Below are positions 12,001 through 24,900 of a stretch of DNA of 64,000 nt, one piece after another. Position 1 is the first letter of the stretch, and the number at the start of each line of letters is the position of its first letter. The position numbers were made by a program, and so were the translations under genes. The stretch is taken from assembly GCA_030141605.1 (NCBI GenBank), contig JAQGDQ010000079.1, positions 434,001 through 498,000 of the forward strand, given 5' to 3'. This DNA is from Tubiluchus corallicola. Taxonomy: Eukaryota; Animalia; Priapulida. The notes under the pieces are model-generated. The model saw only the letters and a program-made list of their open reading frames with translations. It did not search any database and was not told the DNA's origin.

Positions 12001-12721
12001 CAGGTTAGAGGCAATAAAAAAATCTAGTATGCATTGTGGGCTATTGCTTATGAAACTATTTTCCGTATTTTTGCGTGATTTAAATAGTTTATAATGAACA
12101 TTATTTATGTTACTGAACATATTGAATGTTCCCCCCAATTCTTTTTAAGCTTGCATATAATGATGCCAAAATTTTGCGTTCTTGCATCCACAGATCATAA
12201 TTAAGTCCTAATGATGCTAGATCTATGATAAGCTTGTGCAGACTTTTTCGGATAAATGGATCAGATCATTCATTGTATAGGAGGATTATTAGTAGGATTG
12301 ATACCAGAATCACTACACACAATGAAACATCTTAATAACGTTATCCATTTAAATCATCTCTTGCATTAATTAGCATTTCATTGTTCCAGTTACATAAATT
12401 GTTTGATTTCCTTCTTTTTTATAACTTAATTTCATTGATAACTCGATTTTTAGTAATTGGATTAATTAGACTATTACTTGATACTATTTTTTTTCCTGTT
12501 GGCAAAAAAGGATTGACTTGGTGATTGAATTTACAGACGCGGCGGGGCACGACGATTTTCTTTCACTTTGTAGCTTAACACGGTAATTAAACGCATTTTA
12601 AATATTAGTTTTCGCACTCAGAGCTCTTATATTCTAAAAATAAAATAATTAAAGAAATCCAAATTAAAAATTTAAGAAGTACAACGATTAAAACTGTTTC
12701 AGTAAAAACTTCGCTCACCAT
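9007..12721 (-). CDS. RPL37: 60S ribosomal protein L37 (eL37), 101 aa
   Basis: Minus-strand exons 12719-12721 (ATG only), 11396-11531, 10098-10182 and 9007-9088, all GT-AG. The translation is [101 protein letters not shown], with the C4 zinc finger. It is absent from the ORF track because the exons are short. Confidence 0.98.
9572..9628 (-). ncRNA. Candidate box C/D snoRNA in RPL37 intron 3
   Basis: On the minus strand: box C-like GTGATTA (9619-9625), box D CTGA (9576-9579) and a short terminal stem gatg/catt. The D-adjacent guide TTGTTACACA is complementary to the conserved LSU rRNA segment GAGUGUGUAACAACUCAC (recalled from memory). The element is short and has no clear C'/D'. Confidence 0.35.
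10406..10570. mobile_element. Degenerate Tc1/mariner-type MITE in RPL37 intron 2
   Basis: Starts TA-CAGTCAAATCTCTTTATA and ends TATAACAAGGTTAGAC (imperfect TIR), with internal repeated gcattataa motifs. Confidence 0.45.
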
Positions 12722-12993
12722 TCTCGCTTTTTGTGGGTGCAGGAGAGATAGTACGCAAAAGGCACAATCTTCACGTCAAACTTAAATCCCAGACCAAAAA
12801 ACTTTGTAATCAATTCATAGATTAAAATAAACTTGACGCATCTTAGGTACATTCTGAAAAATTACGAAACAACATATAATATTTTTTGTGTTTACTGTTA
12901 TTTACTTAAAGTTGCTATAAAAAATTTCATGTTAAACCACATGATGTGTTGAACTTCAAAGATTGTATGAGCGCTTTTCATTTTCTGGCGGTA
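12722..12993. promoter_or_regulatory. Compact bidirectional promoter shared by RPL37 (-) and aralar (+), including a TCT/5'TOP-like pyrimidine tract
   Basis: The two ATGs are only 272 nt apart. TCTCTCCT on minus (12741-12748) lies just upstream of the RPL37 ATG. There is a CRE/E-box-like TCACGTCA (12771-12778), and a YY1-like AATGGCGGC overlaps the aralar ATG. Confidence 0.6.
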
Positions 12994-15900
12994 ATGGCGG
13001 CTCCCTTCGTGAATTTAGATCCGGTTAATCATAATAAAAATGATATCTTTTTCAAACAGGTAAGTTCATTAATTATTTTCTGAATCGGAAAGGAAGACTT
13101 TACTAGTAATTAGTATTCTAAAATAGTATCGTTGACGGTACTTCTGCGGTGCAAACTGTCGGCAGCGGGTAAGACATTAGCTGAAGTAGGACAAGCGTCG
13201 TACATGGACTAGCCCAAGTAGGATGCTAAAGACAGGTCATGAATTGAGTAGCGTCCGTTGCCCTTGTTTATCAACCAATATTAATAATAATTGAAATTGT
13301 TAATACACTTTGAATAATTCATTATTTATACAGCTGATAGTGATAAAATGAAAAAAGCTTATTCTTAGAATCTTCGCTAGTCAAACGAGCAATTTTAAAT
13401 TTGGCTTCGAGATTAACCTTTGTAAAATGAAATAAGCCCGATTTGTAGGCGATTCCAACATTTGGCGAAGAGGATCGTGTGTATCCACAGTATGACGCCA
13501 ACAAGCACAATTTTTAATAAAATGAAAAAACTTTCACAGAATTTTTAAAAGTTTGACAAATTCTCATGTAAAGTTAAAAGAATGAGAGAAATTGCAGGTG
13601 CCCTACTTGGACTGTCCATGTACGAAACTTGTTTTCCGCTTTAACGCCCTACACAAACATCCCCATAGGTTTGGTATTTGTTTGGCATTATAAATTATAA
13701 TGCGTTTAAAAGAAAAAAGTAATCATCTCTGTCTATATACTATGCATTATGTAATTAGCATGCAGTATGTAAAAATGGAAATATTAGCAAAACTATGTAA
13801 ACCTAAAATATTCAAGTACCTCGCTTAATCCAGACCTGCCAATTCTCAATTTTTTGATCTTTTGATTTTGACACCCAAAAGTGCAAAAATCCCTGTTGCG
13901 TTAATTTGCTTACTGGATTCCCGCCAAGGGGGAGATGAACCTCAGAGTTCTACGTTTCACACTAATTTTTATGTCATGTGGTTGGCAGGACTGTTAATTC
14001 ATAAACTGCAATTGTAACAAGTTCAACTGCAACCCATTGCTAAAAAGCGCAATTGTCTTTCTATTCTGCCCATTCAGTCTTATATAAGTTTATAAGCAGT
14101 TTTGGTTGACCATACACTAGGCACATTTTAAACAACAAACAACTGACTTCTAGCTGGTAGAAGACAGTATTATTTTATCTCAATGTATGAGAAAAAATTA
14201 AACAGAGGCTGTTTCATGGTGGTGCTCGCATAATGATTTTTATCGATTTAAATTTTTTTATTGAATAATGTAGTTGCATATTTGGAAATTACTATTATTG
14301 GTTGCTACAAGGCCGTCATTATATAATCATTTTGCCCATTTCTTCCCACAATTCTCAACCCGGTCAAATCCATAATACAGTAGGTGCTATTTATTGAACT
14401 CACAGTTAGTAGAATCAGTCGCTTAACGGACTCAAAAATGACTGGCATGGGCTGCTCCTTTTCAAATGTATATGTAAACTGTCAGCAAGTGATTCAAATA
14501 ACACCCCATAACTGACTCAAAATTTTTGCTCTAAGTATTTAAAATAAGATAGTTGTGTCTGGGTCAGAGAGTTTTTACTACTTATATCATCTTTTTTTCA
14601 CTTTTGTGCACTATAACATACGAATAACAGGTCATGCTACAACTATTTGCTTGTAAGCAGGTACATTTATCATGCACGAATATGCTATCATAACATTTTT
14701 TTTGAGTCTGCAATCACCTTATTGCTGAAGAATATTGAAGCTAAACTTAGTCAAATGCCTGACAGTTTCCTTTTGAAACTCTTGCTGCTTTTCACAGAAC
14801 ATTTAATCTGTTAACTGTAGCTGTTATGTTACCTCTGTAGTGGCAGTAACCTACCAGTATTCTTTGCAACTTTACAAGCATAAATATCATAGAGCAATTA
14901 AGAGCACGAAGTTAATATTGACAAATAGAACATAAACACCTAACATTTAAAGCTCTCTCAGCTTTTGTAGTGAATACTAAGCTGAAGAATGACGTTTCAT
15001 ACTTTTAAATTAGCAATACTACATCCGTTGGCTAATAAATTCGTTTAATAGCTGGTTAATTGGGTCAAAACTCTTCCATCCCAAAGTGCATCTATTAAGA
15101 GGCACTTACGGTAATTATATTTGATATATTTAAACAGCTAAAGAAAGAATGGCAAACATAAATGCTCTGTCGAGGTTCCCCCTATGTGTTTGTTGCCATA
15201 AATGAAATGCTGATTTTGGTTGAGATCTTTGCATTACATTGATACTTTTCTTATTTTGGAGGTTCGGAAGTACAAGGATTTACTAAGGGGAAAAGTACTC
15301 CCAACAGCCTTTTGTGAGGCAAGACAGGTAAGTAGAATCAAGCCTTAATTGTAGACATTTTTCTATATATTATTATGGGTTAGTAGCCTAACACTATGAA
15401 ATGTCACTTGCACATAATTGTACAGCAGTACATAATTATATAGTGTTGCAAAAGTCATTGTTTCATTAATAACTGCTTTGGTAAGCATTATTACATTAAG
15501 TTGTTATTGACAGTTTACATTGCTTTTATACTATTTAGGACTGGTTGTTTTATTACAGGCTTTAAAGTGTAGTCATTCAGTTATTCAGTTAGCTTAGCTG
15601 CTCCACAAACAAATAATTTTGTTTGCTTAATAGGCAGGCCTGGAAAAAATAAATTACAGTTTGACGTGTGCATTTCTGCTACCTTTCTTCCTTATGAAAC
15701 TAGGTTCACTAAGTTTTGTATTTTCAGGCATTTATTGAAAGGTTAGTGCAAAAAGATCTAACTATTATACTGTCTAACAGAAATATAAAATTTTTGTCTC
15801 GGTTTTGAATTAAAGGGTTGATTTGATCTTGTAGTGTTTTAAGAAAAGTTTTTTTGTTAAAAATAATACCTACGTTTTTTTATGATATCATTTTTTACTT

Positions 15901-18900
15901 TTAGGCCACATCTCATCCCCGAGCTGATCCGCAGTCTTTAAAACAAATATTCTTAAAGGTAAGGCATTGATTAGATTATACACTAACGTTCAGTTTAAAT
16001 TGAAATATATGAAGCAATGGTTTCCACATGCTATCAGGCGATGTATAAAATTATAAAATTTTGCACTTTTTAACTGTGTCAGTTTTTTGTTTAAAATATT
16101 GTATATCTGCTTTCCATGTTGCAATGCCTTGTTTATGCCTGTTGCTACTGCAAGTTTGCAATATTCTATAATTAGTTTACCTATTAGCGATATACGTGTG
16201 CATGTGCGACCTACTTGTTGCTGTGGGAGCTGAATCTCAGTCTGTCTGCTGAAGTGTGTGAAGCCAATGTGTGCTAGAAATATTACATTGACCTTTGGGC
16301 TTTATTTTGAGGACACTTTTTGTTAGTAGAATGCGTTTCGGTTGAAAAACAGAATTCGGTGTTTAATAAACTCTCTATAGAGCACAATCTTTGAAAGTGA
16401 GAATTGCCAGAATGCAAGTTTTTTAAAGAAGTTTTTAAGCTTAGAAAGATTTTGTACCATGTTTCAAAATACTTGTTGTCTAGTCTAGTGCTCTTAAAAG
16501 ACTCAGTTCAGCAGAGAAGAAATAGTAATTTGGTAGCTTAAATAGTAATTTCAGTGATGACCAATTACTCAATAGGAGTTCCAATTTTTCCACTGCTCAC
16601 TTGTTCTCAAAAATAAATTTCATTTGTCATTAAGAATATTAAGAATATTCATTTGAATATTAAGCTTACTCATGTACCTTTTATCCACGAAAGACACATT
16701 ATAGTGACAATAACAAAGTTGCACAACTCCTTTCAGATTGTACAATATAAAAAAAATTAGAAAATTATGGTTGTTTGACTTATTCAAGACTGACTTTATA
16801 TAGTTTGATAGCGAATAGCGATGTAACATATCGTTCTTAGTGATTAACTAAATGCTTAGATTATTTAGTTTATGTTCTTCCATGGTTAGACATCTTCAAC
16901 TATAGTCTAAAATACAGCACGGCTGCAATAGTTAGCACAATAATTGAACATTTTTATATCACTCTAGCTACATATCTGAAAAACCATTGATCTTGTTCCA
17001 ACTTACAGTCTCATTAAATGAAATGCTCCTCATTGTAACTTCACCTTACTACTTTAATGTTTGTTAGACAGCTGATTTTATTTTTACCGAGAAAGAGCTG
17101 CAATAGTTTTGCTGAAAAAAAAGCATTCACGATCACCGGTGCTAGGCTACTGAATGCTCACCACTGAAAGCCGAAAACCTGCTAGAAATGTTAAGCTTTC
17201 GAAATTGCGATTAAAATCTTTGCTTTTAAACAAGGTTTTTATCATGTAGTGCATGTCTGTAATTATGTTAAAATTTTTGTATTACATGCATATTTTACAC
17301 TTTTAGATTGTTGCAAGTTGGGTCAGTTAGTTTACTGACTAAGAATACTCATTCTTCTACAACACTTTAGTTCCTTCTAATACATTTACTATTACTAACT
17401 GTTATTGTTTCCTTTTTACAAACTAGTGGCTTGTACATATTCCACTACAGATGTGGCAGATATTATTCTATGATTTCTATTAAGCATTGGAAAAGCCATG
17501 CTTTAGGTGCTCTAAGAAAATAAGGACGTCTCAGCTGTCGAAACTGATCAATGTATCTACTATATACGGTCATTGCTTTTTTCAGTATGCATCTGTGGTT
17601 GTGGAAGGAGAACATTACATGACCTCTGATGACTTTCTTAGGAGATTTCTTGAACTTTTTGGTGATGAAAACTATAACAAGGAAACGGTACATTTCTTGG
17701 CAAGTGCAGCTGACTATACAAAAGATGGGTGAGTATGAGTTCTTACTTGTTTTGCACATTTGTATTGTTAATTTGTAGAAGCAAATACTGATGTAGTTGA
17801 TTGTTGTTAAAAATACCATGACATTGCAACTGTTTTCATATGCTTTGTAAATTTTGGGACTATAGATAGCGTTAGGTTTGACTGAAAAAAACATTTAGAA
17901 GGTATGCTTGATTGCTTATTGTTGGCTTAAATAAATGATCTAATTTGGATAGTGAAAGTCATAATTATCTGGAAAGGCTTTTCATTACAAGGCAAGGAGA
18001 AACTTTCAAATTTTAATCGACCAACCACTGCTTTGAAGATCAGCAGCAGCTTGTTAAGTAGAGACCAGTTTTTTATTGAATAAAGAACGTTGATATATTA
18101 AATAACAGATAGTAGTCAATAAACACGTTTTCCATGTATAACATATAACTATACATATGCAAATGTACAATTTTTGCTTTATGTAACTATTTTAGTTAGT
18201 TAATTAATGCCTGTTATAATCTAGAAATGGTTTACTGCAGCTGCAGGAAAAGACTTTGAAACACACTGCATTTTATTTTGAGATATGAGCCTATTGCTTT
18301 TGATCTACCTTAATTTGTAACTCATTGCTAATCTTCACTATAATGTATTTAAAGCTTTCTAGCTTCATTTTTGAATTTTGATAATTATATGTTGCTAATG
18401 AAGGAAGTGATTTTGTGATTTTTAGACTCATATCATTTGATGAATTTCATGCCTTTGAAGCTATCCTCTGCTCTCCAGATGCCATGTATGAGTTCATCTT
18501 CCAACTGTTTGACAGAAATGGTTCTGGTTTTGTTACATTTGGTAAGAAACTTAAGAGAGCAGACTGTGAATGGTATACACCTAACCTTGTTTCATGTGTC
18601 ATTTGCTGAAGTACGTAGCATTGTCAGAGTTGTTAAGTATGCCATATTGAAACATTATATTCTGCTGCTTGACTAAGTCGTGCAAGTTTGCCTAATTTGC
18701 ATAAAAGGTTTGCACAATCTGAGTTTAAAGTGTCCTTGTTACTGCATAAGCCATGCATGACAAACAACCCTTTACTGCAGCCGCCTCAACTAATGTTTTT
18801 TCTCAAGTGATTCTTCGGTATGGAAAATAAGTTTCGTTGATGTTCTCCTAGCATCTTCCGTACCATAAGTTTTTCCAAAATTTGTTATTAGAATACTGAC

Positions 18901-21900
18901 ATTAGTGACTATTATAAGCAAGATTTGTGTCATTCAAAAGTTCATCCAGCTTTGGTCAGTGACTCGAGACTGACAAACAATCACCCTTTCAAAATGTAAA
19001 ATTATGTTGTGGGCCAAAAATGGAAAAAAAATGTTAAACAGTTTGCAGCATTTTGCTGATAATTTTTGTTTGTAGTTAGCTGCATGAAAATAATATATTT
19101 GTCACCATTCTTAGTCTGCTTTGTTATTGTGTTGTCATCTTACAAATTCTGTTTTCCTAAAGTTTAACAAAAATTTATATCGTATCGAAAGTCAATGCAG
19201 AAGGTGTTTGATTATCATGATTCCGTAAAACTCCGCGTCCGTTATCAAATGGCGTAAGCAATTTTCAAATACTTACTAACATGTGTATGATTGAAGACAA
19301 AATAGCATTTTTCTAATTGACAAGCCCTAAGCTAAGCTATATATCGGGGTTTAAACTTTTCTACATACTTTCATTCTTTTACCATTTACCATTTAGGCGA
19401 TACCTTTTTTCATAACTGGGTTTTTCTAAAAGTTTCTACCTCAGTGTTCGGTAATGGCTGTCTGTAAATTAGTTGTTGTAGTGAAACGTTCCAGATTGAA
19501 AAACAAATGTTAATGTTTCTTTGGTAGATGAATTCAAGGACATCATCTCACACACTGAAATACACAGGGAGGTGCCATTTGAGTTTGAAAGCGACTTTGT
19601 TAAGCTTCACTTTGGGAAGAATAAAAAAAGGAGTGTCAGTTATACAGAATTTACGCAGCTGTTACATGTATGATATTTTTTCTGTTGCCGTTGACTATAA
19701 AAAAATTCTACGCATTTTTGTCTCATTGTTAGAATGTGTGTGGATTTACTTTTTATCCATTTGCACAATTTAATATAACTCTTGATGTTATCAAAGCAAC
19801 TAAAAATATTGAGTCTTCTGTGTTAATTTCTTACAAAAAATAGTCGAATGTTAAATGGCTCATTCAATTTTATTCTAGTATTAGAACAAAACTGGAGTAC
19901 AAGCTCTTGTCTTTATGCTGCCTTCCCACAACAAAAATTCTCATTCCGTAACTGTTTATGATTATACTAGTTTTGAAATAAATATCATGTCGTACATGCA
20001 CTGTATTTTTTCGAGTTTTGTCAAGCAGCTATATGTTTTTAATTGGTTTTAGATACTCATAGCACTGATTAAAAAGCGTCTTACTCGAATGCACGTTTTT
20101 TGGCTTCCAGACACCGCTTTACCTCATCAGAAAATTTGTTTGCTGTTTGCTGAAGCTGTATTGGTGTGATTTGTTGGAAATCTGTTTTAAACTCTGCTTA
20201 AATTGTTCTTGCCTACAGATTATTGTTTGTGTAGATGAGATAAGATAAGAAGTTTTTTGTTTTAAATACACATTTCTTTCTTAGGATTTTCATGAGGAAC
20301 ACGCTGTCCAGGCATTTAAAAAATATGACAAGGAATCAACGGGTTTTATTTCGCCTCTCGATTTTGCTCACATAATGAAATCAACAAAGCGACATTTGCT
20401 ATCTCCCTTTGTTGCAGAGCATTTAGTAACAGTAAGCTTAGTTAGTGATTATTCATATATTCACAGCTTTTCTCAGTTTGAAATTTTTTAATTAAGTTGA
20501 TTAGCCTATTGATTAGCCTTAACTGTTAGATTTGGGAAAAACATTTCATTATTTCGACGGACGATATTTAAAAAATTATGCTCTAGTGTCAAAAATCTGA
20601 TGTTTTCGATGAGATTATGACTCGATTTCGAGATGAAAGTCTCGATGAGGATCTTATGACTAGTATTTGATTGGAATATAACAGTCGCATTTATCTGTGA
20701 TGAAGTGCATGCAATGATCAATGAGTTTGTGTTGAATTTTATGAAAACCAAAATTCAGATAAAAGCATATGGTCACTGAATGATTTACTTCATTACGAAT
20801 TTAAACAAAGTAATATGGCTGCTCAAGTGATGTTAGAGCATGGGGTTGAACATATTGATTTAGTTTTTATGTAGTTTTTGTAGATCTTTGTTTTTCACTG
20901 TGTTTTACATCTTCTGCATAAACACGCTATCGGTTTTCTTTATCATTGTAATTAAAACTTTATAGTTTTAATAAGTCTTTCTACCATATGCAGCACAGTC
21001 TCAAAGCAATCGAGTCACTTGTTAGGTGAAACACTAATTAATTGTTTTAGGTTGCAGGTGGTACTACAGCACACTTGGTTAGTTTTCCATACTTCACAGC
21101 TTTTAACTCACTACTGAACAATATGGAACTTGTAAAAAAGATTTTTACTCATGCAACCAAGGGTAGCCTGTATGCAGAAGTAACGAAAGGTAAGTAATAA
21201 TGTTGGAAGTTCGATTCATTTGTTTGAATTCATCAGGTCTGACCGAAAAAATATGCACTAAGAAAAGAGATGTAGTTTTGCATGTTCATCTTTAACCTAA
21301 ATTTTTTCTATAATTTTTTTCAGGTGCACAATTTCTATGCACTTATTGAACTTCTTCAAAAATTGATTGATATTCAACATGAGAAATCTCAAGCTAATAA
21401 ATCAAACAGTTTATGAGAATCTTTGTTTAATTCATAATTTGTTGAAGAAACCAGACTAAGAAATTGTAAACAAATCAGGACTTCATCTCAAGATCATGAA
21501 GCATGTTCTCTTTGGGTTAATTGATTTTTTTACTTTTAGTAGTCTAAGAGTTTTAGTAGCTAACAAAATGCCCTTTTTGAATGACATTATGTATTGTATC
21601 TAGTGACTGATGATACCAGAATTTGCTAATTTTTACTGAATTAAGCAGCAGTGGAAGTATGATGCAGGCTCACAATGTGATCTTTGCACTTAATCAACGC
21701 CTTAAGCTTCAAAATTCTCAGTTCATAACAATCTCACCTTTACCAGGTGCCGCTGTACATTTCCTAGTGTCTTGTTTCACAAATCATTATTTTCTATAAA
21801 ATTTAAAGGACGAGTGTCTGAATTAGTAAATAATCATTTAGCAATTGTTGACAAGTTCACTAAGTATCAGTTACTTGTATGTAATCAAAATTATCCAATA

Positions 21901-24900
21901 TTAGTCATCCACTTTGGCCACACTAACTGCATCAAGTTCTATAGTTACAATGAATATATTTTACTTCAGAGGAAACATTATTGCCTATTGTCAATTGGTA
22001 GATGAAAATTAAGGAAATATTATGTTTGCTAGGTCTAGGAAATCCTTCTTGTTTAAATTTGTTGGTGCATTTGCATATAAATTTCTAGTGTTTACAATAT
22101 TCTTTAATGATTTTTCACATTAAAATTATTTGGTTTCCTTACAGATGAATTCTTGCAAAGTGCTCAGACTTTTACTCAGGTGACACCGCTTGAAATAGAT
22201 ATCTTATTTCACTTATCTCAACAACAGCATCCAACAGGGTAACATTGTTTTTACTTTTGAATATTCGTTATTACTGCTTGAAATCTTTCTTTGTAGTATC
22301 ATATTATATTGTATGACACTTGTACGTTATATTAAACACAGAAATAGTAGCGGTAACATTTCGTAATCAGATGTAATCAGATATGAAAGAACAAAAAATT
22401 GTTATGAAGCACACTTTACTGGAATCAAGTCAATTTAATAAACTCAAATTTAGATTTATGCATACTTTCTTTAGTTTGAAGTCGTTATAAAATATTGGCA
22501 TGATCTTCATTGCACAGGCTCCAGGGATGAATTTATTTTTTTAAATTCGATTAGCACAGACTGTTAAACAATTTTTTTTTTGATTAGCAATTAATATTTT
22601 TTAATTAGCACTTACTAGTGAATATTTTTTGTGAATATATGCTGCCTACGAAAATACAGTGACTACAAGATAAGTGACAAAGTGCAACAATGATTCTGTT
22701 TTTTTTATTTTAGACTCAGTGAAGGTTCATTATTCAGTTTCGCTATTTCACCTGTTTCACCATTGTACATCACTTTGTCAGTTATAGGCGTATTTTACAA
22801 ATTTCAAAAATGCAGGCTGGTTTCTCTGGCAGTCAAACAGCATGTAGCTACGTGCTAATTTCTATAAGCATGTTTCCTTTTGTTATTACATTTCAAATCT
22901 ATTTTACTAATGTCCCTTTAAATGCTGAGCTAAAATTTATGCAAGCTGTTTACTTTATCTTGGTAGATCTATTATGTGCGCAATAGGGTACAGGTGACAC
23001 TAAATTATTTCATATTCACTTGTCTTACAACAGGTCCAGCAACTACTGTTTACCATTATGGTGAATTTTGCCAATTTTAAACATTGGCTTGTTTGATTAT
23101 GCTAATATGGTTTGGTTTAATATAATATATAATATAATTTTGTTTACAGTTTTCACTCAGTTTTATTGTAACAAACAGGAAAAACTTTGCAAGTTTGTCA
23201 AACAGCAATTATGAGGAGCGATTACCAGCAGTACTGCAGTCGTCATTGAATTTCGCAGGCGCTAGGCCTAATTAAAAATCTGATGAAAATAGCAGTTGCT
23301 TAGAAGTTAGAAGTAACAAATAAAATTGTGTTGCATTATATTGCACTGCCAAACAAATAGTGCATTTTACAACAAAGGGTTAGGCATTATGTATGTATTA
23401 CTCTTGTTTACATTTTTCTTCTTAGGTAAAATTTGAATAATAAGTGCATTCTGTAATTCTTGTATCACTTCTAATGCTCTCCGTTAAATCTATTAAATTC
23501 ATCCCTGTGGCTGATAAATTCTCTTGTAATTACAAAATTGTTATAAAAGTATTTCAAGAGTATGCCTACTGTATGATACTCAAAGATTTCTAAGCTAATT
23601 TAAAATATTTGAATTAGTTTTTACACTTAAGAATATCACTGCGTGAAGCAATGAAATATCCATTTTGCTCAGCTTTGATTAGACATTTTGATGGAAAATT
23701 GCAAGAGTGCTTATTTGGGGAGAATATTAGTAAAAAAATGACACCTTTCAAAATTTTCAGACGCATATCTTGGTTGGACATACAAAAAATGGCACCTCTG
23801 GTTGTGGAAAAAATGCCATACATGATAATGGTGAAGGCTGTGAAAGTAAGTAGTTTAGTTTTGCTCAATACTAACTGATCACGGGTTTATGTTTTGGTAA
23901 AAAAAAGTCATTATGAAGATTGAAAGTCATATTTGTTAACTGATAATTTATGTTTTTAGTGAAGGCAAAGTATGCTGATGAATAGTGCATAGACATTTAA
24001 ATTTGTGATCAATTACCTGGGTTAGATGAAGACTGTTCGGAAAGATAAAAACCCCAAATAACTATATTCATTTACCAGCTTGCTTTGCATATCATTATTT
24101 AGTGTTGCATTTACTGAATTATCTTTTTTAGGATCCATCTGAGCGCAGTGTTTTTATTCAGATTTTAGAAAACGTTTATCGTTTCACTTTAGGCTCCATT
24201 GCAGGTGGTAAGTTTGACCCTATATATAAGCGATTCTTTCTAAAGATAATGTTAGAAGACTGGCATAAATCATGTTCAAACAATGAGCTATGTTCCTACA
24301 AGACATCTTTTAGAATTTGGAGTGAAGCTTATTTTATCTTATTCCTACAGTATTACTAGTGCTTTTACATGTTGAACTTTTTGTCTAGTTGTTATCAAAT
24401 TATTTGGCAGTAGGGCCTGTTTTATTGTACATGGATCAGTCAAGAAGTCAAAACAATAGTTTGTAGTATTCAGTTCAGTCATTTTAAAGTTTCACTGAAA
24501 GAAGGCTTGTGATAATGCTTTCAATTTTCTTGTAGTTACATTTTCTTCTAGCTTTTTTGAAGAAAACCTTTGCTTATTGTGTAACCACTTATCTACACTA
24601 CTTGGCAGTCAAAAATTATTTGAACAATAATCCTATAACATTATTTTATACACTGCACTGAGGTATAAAAATTTATGTATCTATTTCTGCCAACATTCAT
24701 TTGCTATTATAGTAAGTAGGGGACGGGTGACTAGTATATGATATTCCGGTAGTCGATGACAATAAATGAAGGTAGTTTCTCACAAAATGATGCTTTTTCA
24801 TACTTTAGCCGTTGGTGCTACAGCCGTGTATCCAATTGATCTTGTAAAAACACGTTTGCAAAATCAACGTACGGCACTCGTGGGGGAGGTAATGTACAAG

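Noticed and set aside
17463-17894. 143-aa minus-strand ORF and other ORFs antisense to exons (e.g. 26252-26518, 38668-38982, 41452-41739)
   Set aside because: They are shadow ORFs opposite real exons or AT-rich intronic ORFs with no recognisable domains.
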